DNA from: Chthoniobacterales bacterium
Lineage (GTDB): Bacteria; Verrucomicrobiota; Verrucomicrobiia; Chthoniobacterales; UBA10450
DNA: 64,000 bases
Reading direction: 5' to 3'
Assembly (NCBI GenBank): GCA_038258815.1
Contig: JBBSPM010000014.1
Coordinates: forward strand, 20,263 to 84,262
Under the pieces are notes generated by a model, which saw nothing but the letters and a program-made list of their open reading frames with translations, ran no database searches and had not been told where the DNA came from. Shown piece after piece: positions 1 to 8,937 of this stretch (position 1 is its first letter; every line of letters begins with the position of its first letter). Both the position numbers and the translations under genes were made by a program.

Positions 1-508
1 GAAAAACAAGCGAGTATCGCGCCGGGGCCGCAAAACTTTCCTTGAACATTCCATTGCCTGTCGTGCGGCCTTCCAGGCGCCACTCTTTGTAGAGGAGTGG
101 TTCGCCCGCTTGGTTCGTTTCGCCGTTGTGAATGTCGGCCGCGAATTTCGCGACCGCCGCAGGCAGCGCCAAAATCAATTCACCGCTCTGGCCCTCTTCC
201 GTCCGAAAGTTCAGGCGCCATGGCTTAGCTTCGGTCACCGCCGATAGCACATAACTGTCCGAGATACTAGCCAGCCCTTTGACCTGGTCTTCGGCCTCGG
301 GCCCATCGATCAGAAAAAGCTGCGCGGTGGGTGCGAACTCCATGGCTTTTATCTGCTTCAGCACGTCGCCGGTAAGAGGCTCGTCAGGCATGAGGCTGCG
401 CGTTCCCGGGTCCGCACAGCAGGCGCAGGCGCGTGTTTCCGTAGGAGCGGTGACGAGGAAGGCGGCGATCGCGATGAGCGAGTGGCAGCAGCGATTGGAA
501 AATTTCAT
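1..508 (-). CDS. hypothetical exported protein (partial, runs off window start)
   Basis: ATG at 508 on the minus strand opens MKFSNRCCHSLIAIAAFLVTAPTETRACACC... with a signal-peptide-like N-terminus. The frame stays open to position 1. It is absent from the ORF track because there is no stop in the window. Confidence 0.5.
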   Translation of the reverse strand, partial: MKFSNRCCHSLIAIAAFLVTAPTETRACACCADPGTRSLMPDEPLTGDVLKQIKAMEFAPTAQLFLIDGPEAEDQVKGLASISDSYVLSAVTEAKPWRLNFRTEEGQSGELILALPAAVAKFAADIHNGETNQAGEPLLYKEWRLEGRTTGNGMFKESFAAPARYSLVF

Positions 509-699
509 CCCGCTTCTTATCACTCGGGATAGCCGTGGGAGCGATCAAATTCCTCAGAATGCGGCCGGCGCGATCAACTCGAAAAGGCCGGCCCGTTCTG
601 CCGCCGTGGGGGCGATTCAAGTCGCGATTCGCGACCGACGCGAACATCGCGCCACGCTTAAGAAGATCGTGAGGGAGGAGGGCCCCCACTAGCGGAGAC

Positions 700-897
700 T
701 CAGCCCTCCGATGGAAGGAAGATTCGTTCGATCGTGGAATCGAACAATCGCGCGATCGAAAATGCGAGCGGCAGGCTGGGATCGTATTTTTCCACTTCGA
801 TGGCGTTGATGGTTTGGCGCGAGACGCCGAGACGGTTGGCCAGCTCGGCTTGCGACCAATCGCGCTCGGCGCGCAGGACTTTGAGGCGGTTTTTCAA
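700..897 (-). CDS. XRE/Cro-C1 family helix-turn-helix transcriptional regulator
   Basis: KNRLKVLRAERDWSQAELANRLGVSRQTINAIEVEKYDPSLPLAFSIARLF is a typical short XRE HTH. The likely TTG start at 897 overlaps the TGA of the upstream ORF (TTGA). Confidence 0.8.
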   Translation of the reverse strand: MKNRLKVLRAERDWSQAELANRLGVSRQTINAIEVEKYDPSLPLAFSIARLFDSTIERIFLPSEG

Positions 898-1262
898 CGG
901 TACCTCGCTTTCGCGATGATGACGCCAACGAAATAGAACAACCCGGCGAAGGGCCAAATGTGCCGGTAACTCCAATCGTCCATGGGCAGGCGCATGAAAC
1001 GCTGGAGCGAGCCGAGCCCGATCAGGAGCAAGACGAAACCGGAGAAACCGAAGGCGACGGCTTCCAGTTGAATGCGGCGCTGGAGTTCATCGAGACAACG
1101 CAACGTGGCGACCTCTTCGAAAATGAACCAAGCGAAGCAAAGAACAGCCGCGACGGTGGCGGTAATGCCGGCCGCGACTCCCCAATGCATCCTGGCCGCC
1201 CAGGAAACCGCGCCGTATGAGAAGGCGAAGGCGAGCGAGGAGATATAGAGACGTGTTTTCAT
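894..1262 (-). CDS. small integral membrane protein co-transcribed with the XRE regulator
   Basis: 122 aa with several hydrophobic helices. Its stop overlaps the regulator start. Confidence 0.6.
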   Translation of the reverse strand: MKTRLYISSLAFAFSYGAVSWAARMHWGVAAGITATVAAVLCFAWFIFEEVATLRCLDELQRRIQLEAVAFGFSGFVLLLIGLGSLQRFMRLPMDDWSYRHIWPFAGLFYFVGVIIAKARYR

Positions 1263-1371
1263 GGAAAATACTTTTAGCCACGCTCTTTTTGAAAGTCAAG
1301 CACGCTTTACATTTAGTAATGCAAAGCTGACATCTCCTGAGGGAGAGCGCCTACCGGAAAACGGCGATTGT

Positions 1372-1730
1372 TTAGATTTCAATCGTCTCGCCGACTTCCG
1401 GGAGGAGGAGTTCTTTTCCTCCGATGCCGAAGCAGTTGATGGCGGACTCACGATCAATCTTGATCGGCGGGAAGGTGTCGTAATGGACGCCGACGACCTT
1501 TTTCACGTTCACGAAGTCGGCCGCGCGGATGGCGTCGTCGATTCCCATGGTGAAGAAATCGCCGATTGGCAGGACGGCGAAACGCAGCTCGGTGGTCTCG
1601 CCGATTAACTTCATGTCTTGACGTTTATTTTTCCCGCGAACGGATTGGGAGAAATAAATGGATCGAAGAGGAGCGTCTTGCCGCCAGCTTCCACTGCGAA
1701 GCAGGCATGGCCGTAGTAGGTGAGCTTCAT
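1372..1730 (-). pseudogene. metal-dependent hydrolase (UPF0173 / MBL-fold) with internal deletion and frameshift
   Basis: The N-terminal 39 aa (MKLTYYGHACFAVEAGGKTLLFDPFISPNPFAGKINVKT*) is followed directly, in another frame, by the C-terminal 80 aa (MKLIGETTELRFAVLPIGDFFTMGIDDAIRAADF..VGVHYDTFPPIKID). The central part of about 100 aa, which carries the HxHxDH metal motif, is missing. Confidence 0.75.
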
Positions 1731-1740
1731 TAGAAGAATT

Positions 1741-1837
1741 AACCGCGGATTACGCGGATTTTTGAATCTCTTCATCCGCGCCATCCGCGCCATCCGCGCC
1801 ATCCGCGCCATCCGCGCCATCCGCGTAATCTGCGGTT
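1741..1837. repeat. 9-bp tandem repeat (CATCCGCGC x6, 1773-1826) bracketed by a 19-bp inverted repeat
   Basis: Arms are AACCGCGGATTACGCGGAT (1741-1759) and ATCCGCGTAATCTGCGGTT (1819-1837), with 1 mismatch. The repeat unit is itself the inverted core of the arm. Lies in the divergent intergenic region. Confidence 0.9.
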
Positions 1838-1901
1838 TAAAAAAGAAAATCGATTGCCGCTGGCGTGGTTCAACGGCTTAGTGGTGCGCGGACGTTCGCC
1901 C

Positions 1902-3152
1902 ATGAATATTCACGAATACCAAGCGAAAGAATTGCTCCAGAAATTTGGAGTGGCGACCCCTGCCGGGAAGGCGGTTCGAACCGCCGATGAAGCGGAAGCT
2001 GCCGCTCGTGAACTCGGCACGGAGGATTTGGTAATCAAGGCGCAAGTGCACGCGGGCGGACGCGGCAAGGGAACTTTTACGAACGGTTTCAAGGGCGGCG
2101 TGCATCTTTGCAAATCGCCGGCGGAGGCGCGCGAGATCGCGTCGAAGATGCTGGGGCAGACGCTGGTCACGCATCAAACCGGAGCCGCCGGACGGGTGGT
2201 GAATACGGTGCTGGTGGCGAAGTCGGTTGAGATCGAGCGCGAGATTTATTTCGCCATCCTGATGGATCGCGCGACGGGCGGGCCAATGATCGTGGCGAGC
2301 ACGGAAGGCGGAGTGGAGATCGAGGCGGTGGCGGAAAAATCGCCGGAGAAGATTTTGCGTGAGCCAGTGGATCGGCTGGCGGGATTGCAACCTTATCAGG
2401 CGCGGAAATTGGCCAAGCAGCTCGGGTTTACCTCCGCGCAGATCAAGCCGGCGGCGAAGTTGTTCGATGGGTTGTATCGCACTTTTCTGGCGCTCGATTG
2501 CTCGATGGTGGAAGTGAACCCGCTCGTCGTGACACGTGGAGGGACGCCCGCCGTGGCGTCCACTGAATCAGGGACGGGACAGCGCCCGTCCCTCCAGGAG
2601 CAAGGCGAAGTCCTGGCGCTGGACGCGAAGTTCAATTTCGACGACAACGCGCTTTATCGGCATCCGGAAGTCGCCGCGATGCGCGACACGGCAGAGGAAG
2701 ATCCACGCGAAGTGGAGGCCTCGAAATCCGGTCTGAACTACATCGGGCTCGATGGCAACATCGCCTGTCTCGTGAACGGCGCCGGTCTCGCGATGGCGAC
2801 GATGGACATCATTAAATTCTACGGTGGCAGTCCGGCGAACTTTCTCGATGTGGGCGGCGGCGCGACGGAGGAACAGGTGACGCAAGCCTTCAAGCTGCTC
2901 GTCTCGGATGAGAACGTGAAAGCGATCCTGGTAAACATTTTCGGCGGCATCATGAAGTGCGACGTGATCGCGCAAGGCATCGTGAATGCGGTCAAAGCCG
3001 TGCAGCTTCCCGTTCCACTGATCGTTAGGCTGGAAGGGACGAACGTGGATGCGGGCAAGAAAATCATCGCGGACTCGGGCTTACCCGTCACGACGGCCGA
3101 CGATCTCGGCGATGCCGCGCAAAAAGCGGTGAAGGCTGCGGAGGGGAAATGA
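1902..3152 (+). CDS. sucC: succinyl-CoA synthetase beta subunit
   Basis: [17 protein letters not shown]..., ATP-grasp and ligase-CoA regions, GGIMKCD. ATG 1902 is preferred over the ORF-track start at 1854. Carries an extra loop of about 20 aa (see the repeat at 2538). Confidence 0.97.
   Translation: MNIHEYQAKELLQKFGVATPAGKAVRTADEAEAAARELGTEDLVIKAQVHAGGRGKGTFTNGFKGGVHLCKSPAEAREIASKMLGQTLVTHQTGAAGRVVNTVLVAKSVEIEREIYFAILMDRATGGPMIVASTEGGVEIEAVAEKSPEKILREPVDRLAGLQPYQARKLAKQLGFTSAQIKPAAKLFDGLYRTFLALDCSMVEVNPLVVTRGGTPAVASTESGTGQRPSLQEQGEVLALDAKFNFDDNALYRHPEVAAMRDTAEEDPREVEASKSGLNYIGLDGNIACLVNGAGLAMATMDIIKFYGGSPANFLDVGGGATEEQVTQAFKLLVSDENVKAILVNIFGGIMKCDVIAQGIVNAVKAVQLPVPLIVRLEGTNVDAGKKIIADSGLPVTTADDLGDAAQKAVKAAEGK
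2538..2595. repeat. 58-nt compound palindrome embedded in frame in sucC
   Basis: GGAGGGACGCCcgccgtGGCGTCCactgaatcaGGGACGGGacagcgCCCGTCCCTCC: two stem-loops plus outer GGAGGGA/TCCCTCC arms. Confidence 0.7.
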
Positions 3153-3526
3153 AGATCACAGAGATCGCATTCACCGGGATTCCGGTAACGGACATGAAGC
3201 GCGCGCGCGAATTTTACGAAGGTGTGCTCGGGTTGCAGCCGGATCCGGAGATGACGAACGAGATGTGGCTGGAATACCCAATCGGTTCGGGAACGCTGGC
3301 CATCGCGTGCATCGGCGAGATGTGGAAACCGTCGGACCAAGGCACCAGCGCGGCGCTCGAGGTGGAGAATCTGGAGGAAGCGATCACGCGGCTCGAAGAG
3401 AAGAAGATCGCATTCCATAAGTTCGATTCACCGGTTTGCCGGATGGCGGCGATCCAGGACCCGGATGGGAACAAGCTCGTCATTCACAAACGGAAAACGG
3501 ACACAGAAAAGGGCACCGCCTCATGA
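3149..3526 (+). CDS. VOC (glyoxalase/bleomycin-resistance fold) family protein
   Basis: [29 protein letters not shown]...[10 protein letters not shown]. The start overlaps the sucC stop (ATGA). Confidence 0.85.
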   Translation: MKITEIAFTGIPVTDMKRAREFYEGVLGLQPDPEMTNEMWLEYPIGSGTLAIACIGEMWKPSDQGTSAALEVENLEEAITRLEEKKIAFHKFDSPVCRMAAIQDPDGNKLVIHKRKTDTEKGTAS

Positions 3527-3876
3527 TCAAAGAAGTCGCTTTCGTGGCCATTGCCGTGACCGACGTCGAGCGGGCGCGAAAATTTTATCAGGAGACGCTG
3601 GAGTTGAAACCAGGCATGAGCGCGATGGAAGGCGCTTGGGTGGAGTATGAACTCGGCGGAACGACGATCGGTGTCGGTTGTCATCCGGCTTGGCAACCTT
3701 CGCGTGATGGAACGTCCATCGCTTTTGAAGTGGACGATATTGACGATACGATTGCGAAGCTGAAGGAGCGCGGCGTGGAATTCGAGATGGAGAAGACCGA
3801 GACGCCGGTTTGCTGGATGGCGCAGTTTCGCGATCCGGATGGAAACAAGCTCCTCGTGCACAAACGAAAAAATTAA
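3523..3876 (+). CDS. VOC family protein, paralog of the preceding gene
   Basis: [28 protein letters not shown]...DPDGNKLLVH. ATGA overlap with the upstream VOC. Its stop abuts the sucD ATG. Confidence 0.85.
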   Translation: MIKEVAFVAIAVTDVERARKFYQETLELKPGMSAMEGAWVEYELGGTTIGVGCHPAWQPSRDGTSIAFEVDDIDDTIAKLKERGVEFEMEKTETPVCWMAQFRDPDGNKLLVHKRKN

Positions 3877-4758
3877 ATGGCTGTCCTCGTTGATAAGAAC
3901 ACGCGCCTGCTGGTGCAGGGTCTGACCGGAAAAACCGGCGGCTTCCATGCGAAGCAATGTATGGAGTACGGCACCAATGTGGTCGCAGGCGTGACGCCCG
4001 GCCGCGGTGGCGAGACTTTTGAAGGCAAGGTGCCGGTGTTCGACACGGTGGCCGAAGCGCGCAAGGAGACCGGCTGCGACGTGTCGGTTATTTTCGTGCC
4101 GGCAGCGGGTGCGGGGGATGCAATTCTTGAAGCGGTGGACGCTGGCGTGGAACTGGTCATTTGCATCACGGAAGGAATTCCGGTGATGGATATGATGCGG
4201 GTGAAGGCGCAGATGACTGGCAGGAAGAGCCGGCTCATCGGTCCCAATTGCCCGGGGATTATCACGCCGGGGCAATGCAAGATCGGCATCATGCCGGGCT
4301 ACATTCATAAGCCCGGCAACGTCGGCGTGATCTCGCGCTCGGGCACTTTGACCTATGAAGCGGTCTGGCAATTGACCTCGCGCGGCCACGGCCAATCCAC
4401 TTGCATCGGCATTGGCGGGGATCCGATTAATGGCATGTCACATCTCGATGCGGTGAAGCTTTTCAACGACGACCCCGAGACGCACGCGATGATTTTGATC
4501 GGCGAAATCGGTGGCAGCGCGGAAGAAGAAGCCGCGGAGTGGATTAAGGAAAATTGTAAGAAGCCGGTGGCGGCATTCATCGCGGGAGCGACGGCGCCTC
4601 CCGGCCGCCGGATGGGCCACGCGGGCGCGATCGTCTCCGGAGGGAAGGGGACGGCGGCGGGAAAGATCGAAGCACTGCAGGCAGCGGGCATCGCGGTAGC
4701 GGAAACGCCGGCCACGATGGCTGATACGTTGCTTCAACGGATGAAAGAGCGAGGGTAA
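3877..4758 (+). CDS. sucD: succinyl-CoA synthetase alpha subunit
   Basis: [24 protein letters not shown], phosphohistidine loop [14 protein letters not shown]. Confidence 0.97.
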   Translation: MAVLVDKNTRLLVQGLTGKTGGFHAKQCMEYGTNVVAGVTPGRGGETFEGKVPVFDTVAEARKETGCDVSVIFVPAAGAGDAILEAVDAGVELVICITEGIPVMDMMRVKAQMTGRKSRLIGPNCPGIITPGQCKIGIMPGYIHKPGNVGVISRSGTLTYEAVWQLTSRGHGQSTCIGIGGDPINGMSHLDAVKLFNDDPETHAMILIGEIGGSAEEEAAEWIKENCKKPVAAFIAGATAPPGRRMGHAGAIVSGGKGTAAGKIEALQAAGIAVAETPATMADTLLQRMKERG

Positions 4759-4761
4759 GCC

Positions 4762-5889
4762 ATGGCGGTTACGACAAAAGGTTTGGAAGGCGTCGTCGCA
4801 AATTCCACGCGCTTGAGCGACGTGATTGGCGACAAAGGGCAGCTTATTTACAGCGGCTACGACATCAACGAGCTGGCCGGCAAGGTCACTTACAAAGAGG
4901 TCGTATTCCTGCTCTGGCGGGGGCATTTGCCCAATAGCGCCGAGCTGGCGGACTTTACGCAGAAGCTGCGGGAGGAACGCGAACTACCTGGCGGCGTAGT
5001 CGATTTCATCAAGAACACGCCGAAAACCGCGGACCCGATGGACGTGATGCGCACCGCCATCTCCATGCTTGGTCTTTACGATGACGAGATGAAGGAGGAG
5101 GCGACGCGCGAGATCAACGAGCGTCGCGCGCGCAGCATCACCGCGAAAATTGGCGTCATCGCCGCGTATTTTCATCGCGCGCGTCAGGGCAAATCATTGC
5201 CGCCCATCCGCATGGATCTGACCGAGGCCGAGCATTTTCTTTACCTGATTAACGGCGAGTCGCAGCCCAAGGAGGCGTCGGATACCCTCGACGTGGCTTT
5301 CGTGCTGCACGCCGATCACGGCATGAACGCGTCCACTTTCAGCGCGCGCGTCACCATTTCCACGCTGACGGATTTTTATTCCGCCATCACCTCCGCGATT
5401 GGCACGCTCAAGGGGCCGCTGCACGGCGGTGCCAATGAAGGCGTCATCCACATGCTGGAGGAAATCGGAAGCGAAGACAAAGTCGACGCCTATGTCGACC
5501 GCATGCTGGCCGAGAAAAAGAAGATCATGGGCATCGGCCATCGCGTTTACAAAACACTCGACCCGCGTGCCCCGCATTTGCGCGAGATGGCGGTGAAACT
5601 GAGCGACAAGCTGGGCGATCCGAAGTGGATCAAGATGTCCGAGCGCATTGCCGCGCGGATGAAGGAAAAGAAGGACCTGAACGCGAACGTCGATTTCTAT
5701 TCGGCGACGGTTTACTATTCGTTAGGGATTCCGACCGACCTCTTCACGCCGGTTTTCGCCATCGCGCGCTGCTCCGGCTGGTGCGCTCACGTGCTCGAGC
5801 AGTTGGAAGACAATCGTCTTTACCGCCCGCTCAGCGAATATGTGGGCGAGCCTGTCGGCAAGAAAGCGTTGCCGATCGATCAGCGCTAG
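4762..5889 (+). CDS. gltA: citrate synthase (375-aa type)
   Basis: LHADHGMNASTF, GPLHGGANE, GIGHRVYKTLDPRA. Confidence 0.93.
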   Translation: MAVTTKGLEGVVANSTRLSDVIGDKGQLIYSGYDINELAGKVTYKEVVFLLWRGHLPNSAELADFTQKLREERELPGGVVDFIKNTPKTADPMDVMRTAISMLGLYDDEMKEEATREINERRARSITAKIGVIAAYFHRARQGKSLPPIRMDLTEAEHFLYLINGESQPKEASDTLDVAFVLHADHGMNASTFSARVTISTLTDFYSAITSAIGTLKGPLHGGANEGVIHMLEEIGSEDKVDAYVDRMLAEKKKIMGIGHRVYKTLDPRAPHLREMAVKLSDKLGDPKWIKMSERIAARMKEKKDLNANVDFYSATVYYSLGIPTDLFTPVFAIARCSGWCAHVLEQLEDNRLYRPLSEYVGEPVGKKALPIDQR

Positions 5890-5937
5890 TTTGCGTCGTC
5901 ACTCGACGGGCCTGCCGGTCGGGCGTAGGTTTGTCCC

Positions 5938-6303
5938 ATGATTGGACGCGCCATCATATCCCTGTTGTGTGCCGGAACGCTACTGCTCGGCGGTAGCATT
6001 TCTGCCGTCGGCCAGGTCAAACAGTCCGCGGCGGATATCCAGAAGTTCGGTGTTTATCCGATCGCTTATCGGGAACTCATCACCCGCTGGCTGGAAGACC
6101 AGCTCATCGATCCCGCCAGCGCGATATTCGAGTGGCCCTCGGAGCCGAAGCGGGTCGTGATCAAAGGGAGAGACGACAAGACTTTTGCCGTCTGGCGGGT
6201 TGATTTCAAAATCAATTCCCGGAACAAGTTCGGGACCTACACGGGGAAGCAGGCTCGGCACGTTTACATTCGGAACGCCGAGGTGTTCACGCTTCCGCAA
6301 TAG
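5938..6303 (+). CDS. hypothetical exported protein
   Basis: 121 aa with a signal-peptide-like N-terminus (MIGRAIISLLCAGTLLLGGSISAVGQ). Confidence 0.6.
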   Translation: MIGRAIISLLCAGTLLLGGSISAVGQVKQSAADIQKFGVYPIAYRELITRWLEDQLIDPASAIFEWPSEPKRVVIKGRDDKTFAVWRVDFKINSRNKFGTYTGKQARHVYIRNAEVFTLPQ

Positions 6304-6411
6304 TTGCCCGTAAACGTCTGCCCGTTTGAATGCGTAGGGCTCGGTCGAGAGACACCGGTGCCTGCTCTCCGGTCAGGAGCGGCGCCTCCTCGGCGAAGCG
6401 GAAGTGATTCG

Positions 6412-7032
6412 TTAGGCGGAGCGGAGCAGTTGATCGAGGCCGTCCAGGCAGATCTGGGACCAGCTTTCCAATTGCTCGCGACGCGCGCGCAGTTCGTCCG
6501 GGGTCAGAAACGCCAGATTCGTAATCATGGCCTCGCGCTTCTGCACCTTCGGCTCCGCCAATTTGAAGATGTGGACGATCCCCAAATGCACGCGGCCCAC
6601 CTCGGTGGTGTCGTCGTTTAAGAGCGCCACGATGCGATCTTCGAAAGTGGTGTCGATTGTCAGTTCCTCATTTACCTCACGCTCGACGCCGACGCGGTAG
6701 GCCGTCTCGTCCCAAGCGAAGAGAGACTCATCGGTGTCATTCATGTGGCCGCCGATGCCGATTGAGCCCTTTGAGACAAGCCGCTGTTCGCCGGCTTTCT
6801 TCCCGCGGACGTAGTGCAAAACCGTGTCGCCATGAACGATCAACGCATAAGGGATGATCTGTTTATAGGACGGATCGTTTTCCGCTTCGCTCCGCGGCAT
6901 AAAGAAATTGTTCCCTCGCGAAAGCAGGGCTTCGAGATATTTCTCCGGTTCGAATTTCAAACCGTGAAAGCTGCCCAGCTCGTCAAAGAGACTGCGCCGC
7001 ACCACCAGGACGTTTTCTTCTGCAGCGGCCAT
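6412..7032 (-). CDS. Nudix-like phosphoesterase
   Basis: IIPYALIVHGDTVLHYVRGKKAGEQRL..GIGGH and a Nudix-box-like GVEREVNEEL. Confidence 0.6.
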   Translation of the reverse strand: MAAAEENVLVVRRSLFDELGSFHGLKFEPEKYLEALLSRGNNFFMPRSEAENDPSYKQIIPYALIVHGDTVLHYVRGKKAGEQRLVSKGSIGIGGHMNDTDESLFAWDETAYRVGVEREVNEELTIDTTFEDRIVALLNDDTTEVGRVHLGIVHIFKLAEPKVQKREAMITNLAFLTPDELRARREQLESWSQICLDGLDQLLRSA

Positions 7033-7048
7033 GGCGAACGTGTCCTCC

Positions 7049-7663
7049 TCAGAAAGAGTAGGTGACGCCGATTTGTGGGCCGAACAAATTCAGGCTCGGG
7101 TTCGGATCCGTCTGGCCAGCGTTTGAGAGATGCTGGTAAAGCGCGCCCACGCTCACTTTCACGTGGTTGTTCACTCTGTAGGAAACGCCAACTGCCGTCA
7201 GAATATTAAAAGTGAAATCCTGGCCCTGCGCGCCAAAAACGTCAGCATGGCTGTCGATCCATCCCAGCCCCACGCCGCCAGAGATGTAAGGCTGGAGCCG
7301 ACTGCCTGGCTGGACGAAATTGTAGCGGAAGCCAAGCGAGATGCCGTAGTAAAAGTTTTCCGGGCCGCGAAAGATCGGCTCCGCCATGGCGAGCGCGTAA
7401 ACTTGATTGTAACCACGCATCCAGCCCTGCTCGATCGTGCCCCAGCGCCAGCGCGCGGTGATGAACTGCGCGCCCACTTCGTAGCTGTTCGGATTCGCGA
7501 GCGAGCCCCACAGATACGAAGTCTCCGCCGCCAATTCGAAAGATGGCGCGTCCAGTTCGCTCGGATCGCGCAAACGCGAGCTGACCGCTTCGCCGCCCGC
7601 GTGCGCAAAAGGCGCAAGCGGAAAGAGCAGCAGGAACGCGATGAGAAAGCGGCGTCCGTTCAT
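7049..7663 (-). CDS. outer-membrane beta-barrel, PagL-like lipid A deacylase family
   Basis: Signal peptide, alternating beta-strand pattern, terminal F, and an HLSNAG motif resembling the PagL His/Ser catalytic HxSN. Confidence 0.65.
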   Translation of the reverse strand: MNGRRFLIAFLLLFPLAPFAHAGGEAVSSRLRDPSELDAPSFELAAETSYLWGSLANPNSYEVGAQFITARWRWGTIEQGWMRGYNQVYALAMAEPIFRGPENFYYGISLGFRYNFVQPGSRLQPYISGGVGLGWIDSHADVFGAQGQDFTFNILTAVGVSYRVNNHVKVSVGALYQHLSNAGQTDPNPSLNLFGPQIGVTYSF

Positions 7664-7732
7664 ATTCGGGCGCTACGATATGGCGGACGTGTGCGATTGC
7701 AATGCGACGGAGGCACTGTCAGGGTTTCGCCT

Positions 7733-8380
7733 ATGAACCTCCGGACCTTGCTGCTCTTGCCTCTCTTTTTCGCCATCGCCGCAAAGACCCCGGCGCTGGA
7801 GGCCGACACGAAAGCGCAGCAGCTCGCGAAGGAAGTCTGGATCGCGAGCGGCGGCGAGAATTGGTCCGGGGTAAAGCAGATCCGCTTCACCTTCATCGTG
7901 GAAGAAGGTGGCAAGGAATTGGCGCACGCGGAGCATGATTGGAACGTGGCTGCTGGCACCGACCGCGTGCAGTGGAAGGGGAAGGACGTGACGGTGAATG
8001 TGTATGTGCCCGGCTCCGACGAAGAGGCGAAAGCCGCCTACGCGCGCTGGGTGAACGATTCCTACTGGCTGCTCGCGCCGCTGAAGGTGCTGGATAAAGG
8101 CGTGACGCTGACCGCGGAAGGCCAGAAAGAAAGCGACGGCGTGATGTGCGAAACCTTGCGCCTGAGTTTTGCCAGCGTCGGGCTGACGCCGGGCGACCAA
8201 TATCTACTCTACATCGATCCACAGACCAAACTCGTTAGGGCCTGGGATTACGTGCCGAAACCCGAGAACGTCATGCACGGAACCTGGGATAAATACGAGC
8301 GATTTGGCGGCCTTACTCTCTCCACCGAGCACAATTTTGGTGGGAAAGTGATCCGCTTCGCGAACATCGAAGTTCGGTAA
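7733..8380 (+). CDS. hypothetical exported protein
   Basis: Internal ATG at 7733 gives MNLRTLLLLPLFFAIAAKTPALE. The upstream 200 codons of the ORF-track entry are antisense to the PagL-like gene. Confidence 0.7.
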   Translation: MNLRTLLLLPLFFAIAAKTPALEADTKAQQLAKEVWIASGGENWSGVKQIRFTFIVEEGGKELAHAEHDWNVAAGTDRVQWKGKDVTVNVYVPGSDEEAKAAYARWVNDSYWLLAPLKVLDKGVTLTAEGQKESDGVMCETLRLSFASVGLTPGDQYLLYIDPQTKLVRAWDYVPKPENVMHGTWDKYERFGGLTLSTEHNFGGKVIRFANIEVR

Positions 8381-8399
8381 AGCACTCATGCCGGCAGCT

Positions 8400-8486
8400 C
8401 TGGGGGGCGCACGCTTGCGGCACGGTGCCATGGCATCATTGTGTTACCCATGTCCTGGCACCGTGCCGCAAGCGTGCGCTCCCCAG
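8400..8486. repeat. extragenic palindrome (31-bp arms, 25-nt loop)
   Basis: CTGGGGGGCGCACGCTTGCGGCACGGTGCCA (8400-8430) pairs with TGGCACCGTGCCGCAAGCGTGCGCTCCCCAG (8456-8486), 1 mismatch. Confidence 0.9.
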
Positions 8487-8551
8487 AAGTGCCCGCCCCT
8501 CGAACAACGCGATGCGGCTGGAAGTGGTAGCACGCGCGAATTGTTCCTTAG

Positions 8552-8869
8552 ATGAAGAACGAGCACGCCCCAGCGAAGAAGAAATCCAACAAGAAGGATG
8601 TGGTTTCGCCCTTCCGAAATAAGCTTTGGGAGTTGTTCCGGGATTTGGCCAAGGGCATGGATGGCGCCGATGTGGTGATGGCGTTGAAGCAGGCCGGCGA
8701 GGAGGTCTGGGCCGTGGGAATCGATGGCACCTACAGCGATATGCCGTTGAGAGATCAGGCGCAGGAGCCGCTCGGCAATGCTTTCGATATCGCCTGGCTC
8801 ACGGTGGTTTGCATCAAGTTGAAGGAGTTTCAGCAGGGGAAAAAGCCGAAGGTTCGGATTCGCGCCTGA
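8552..8869 (+). CDS. hypothetical protein
   Basis: 105-aa ORF with a lysine-rich N-terminus. No recognisable motif. Confidence 0.45.
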   Translation: MKNEHAPAKKKSNKKDVVSPFRNKLWELFRDLAKGMDGADVVMALKQAGEEVWAVGIDGTYSDMPLRDQAQEPLGNAFDIAWLTVVCIKLKEFQQGKKPKVRIRA

Positions 8870-8937
8870 CGGGCGCCTGTAGTCACGTCACTGTGTGGAC
8901 GGGCAATGGAAAACGCCTCTGCGACAGCGTGAGGCGG

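Noticed and set aside
1611-1820. ORF beginning [16 protein letters not shown]
   Set aside because: The N-terminal part is just the translation of the 9-bp tandem repeat. The real (dead) gene starts at the internal MKLTYYGH.
1773-1826. Possible CRISPR array
   Set aside because: The 9-bp units are contiguous with no spacers. There are no cas genes in the window.
7130-7732. N-terminal 200 codons of the 416-aa ORF 7130-8380
   Set aside because: It is antisense to the PagL-like gene. A proper signal peptide starts at 7733.
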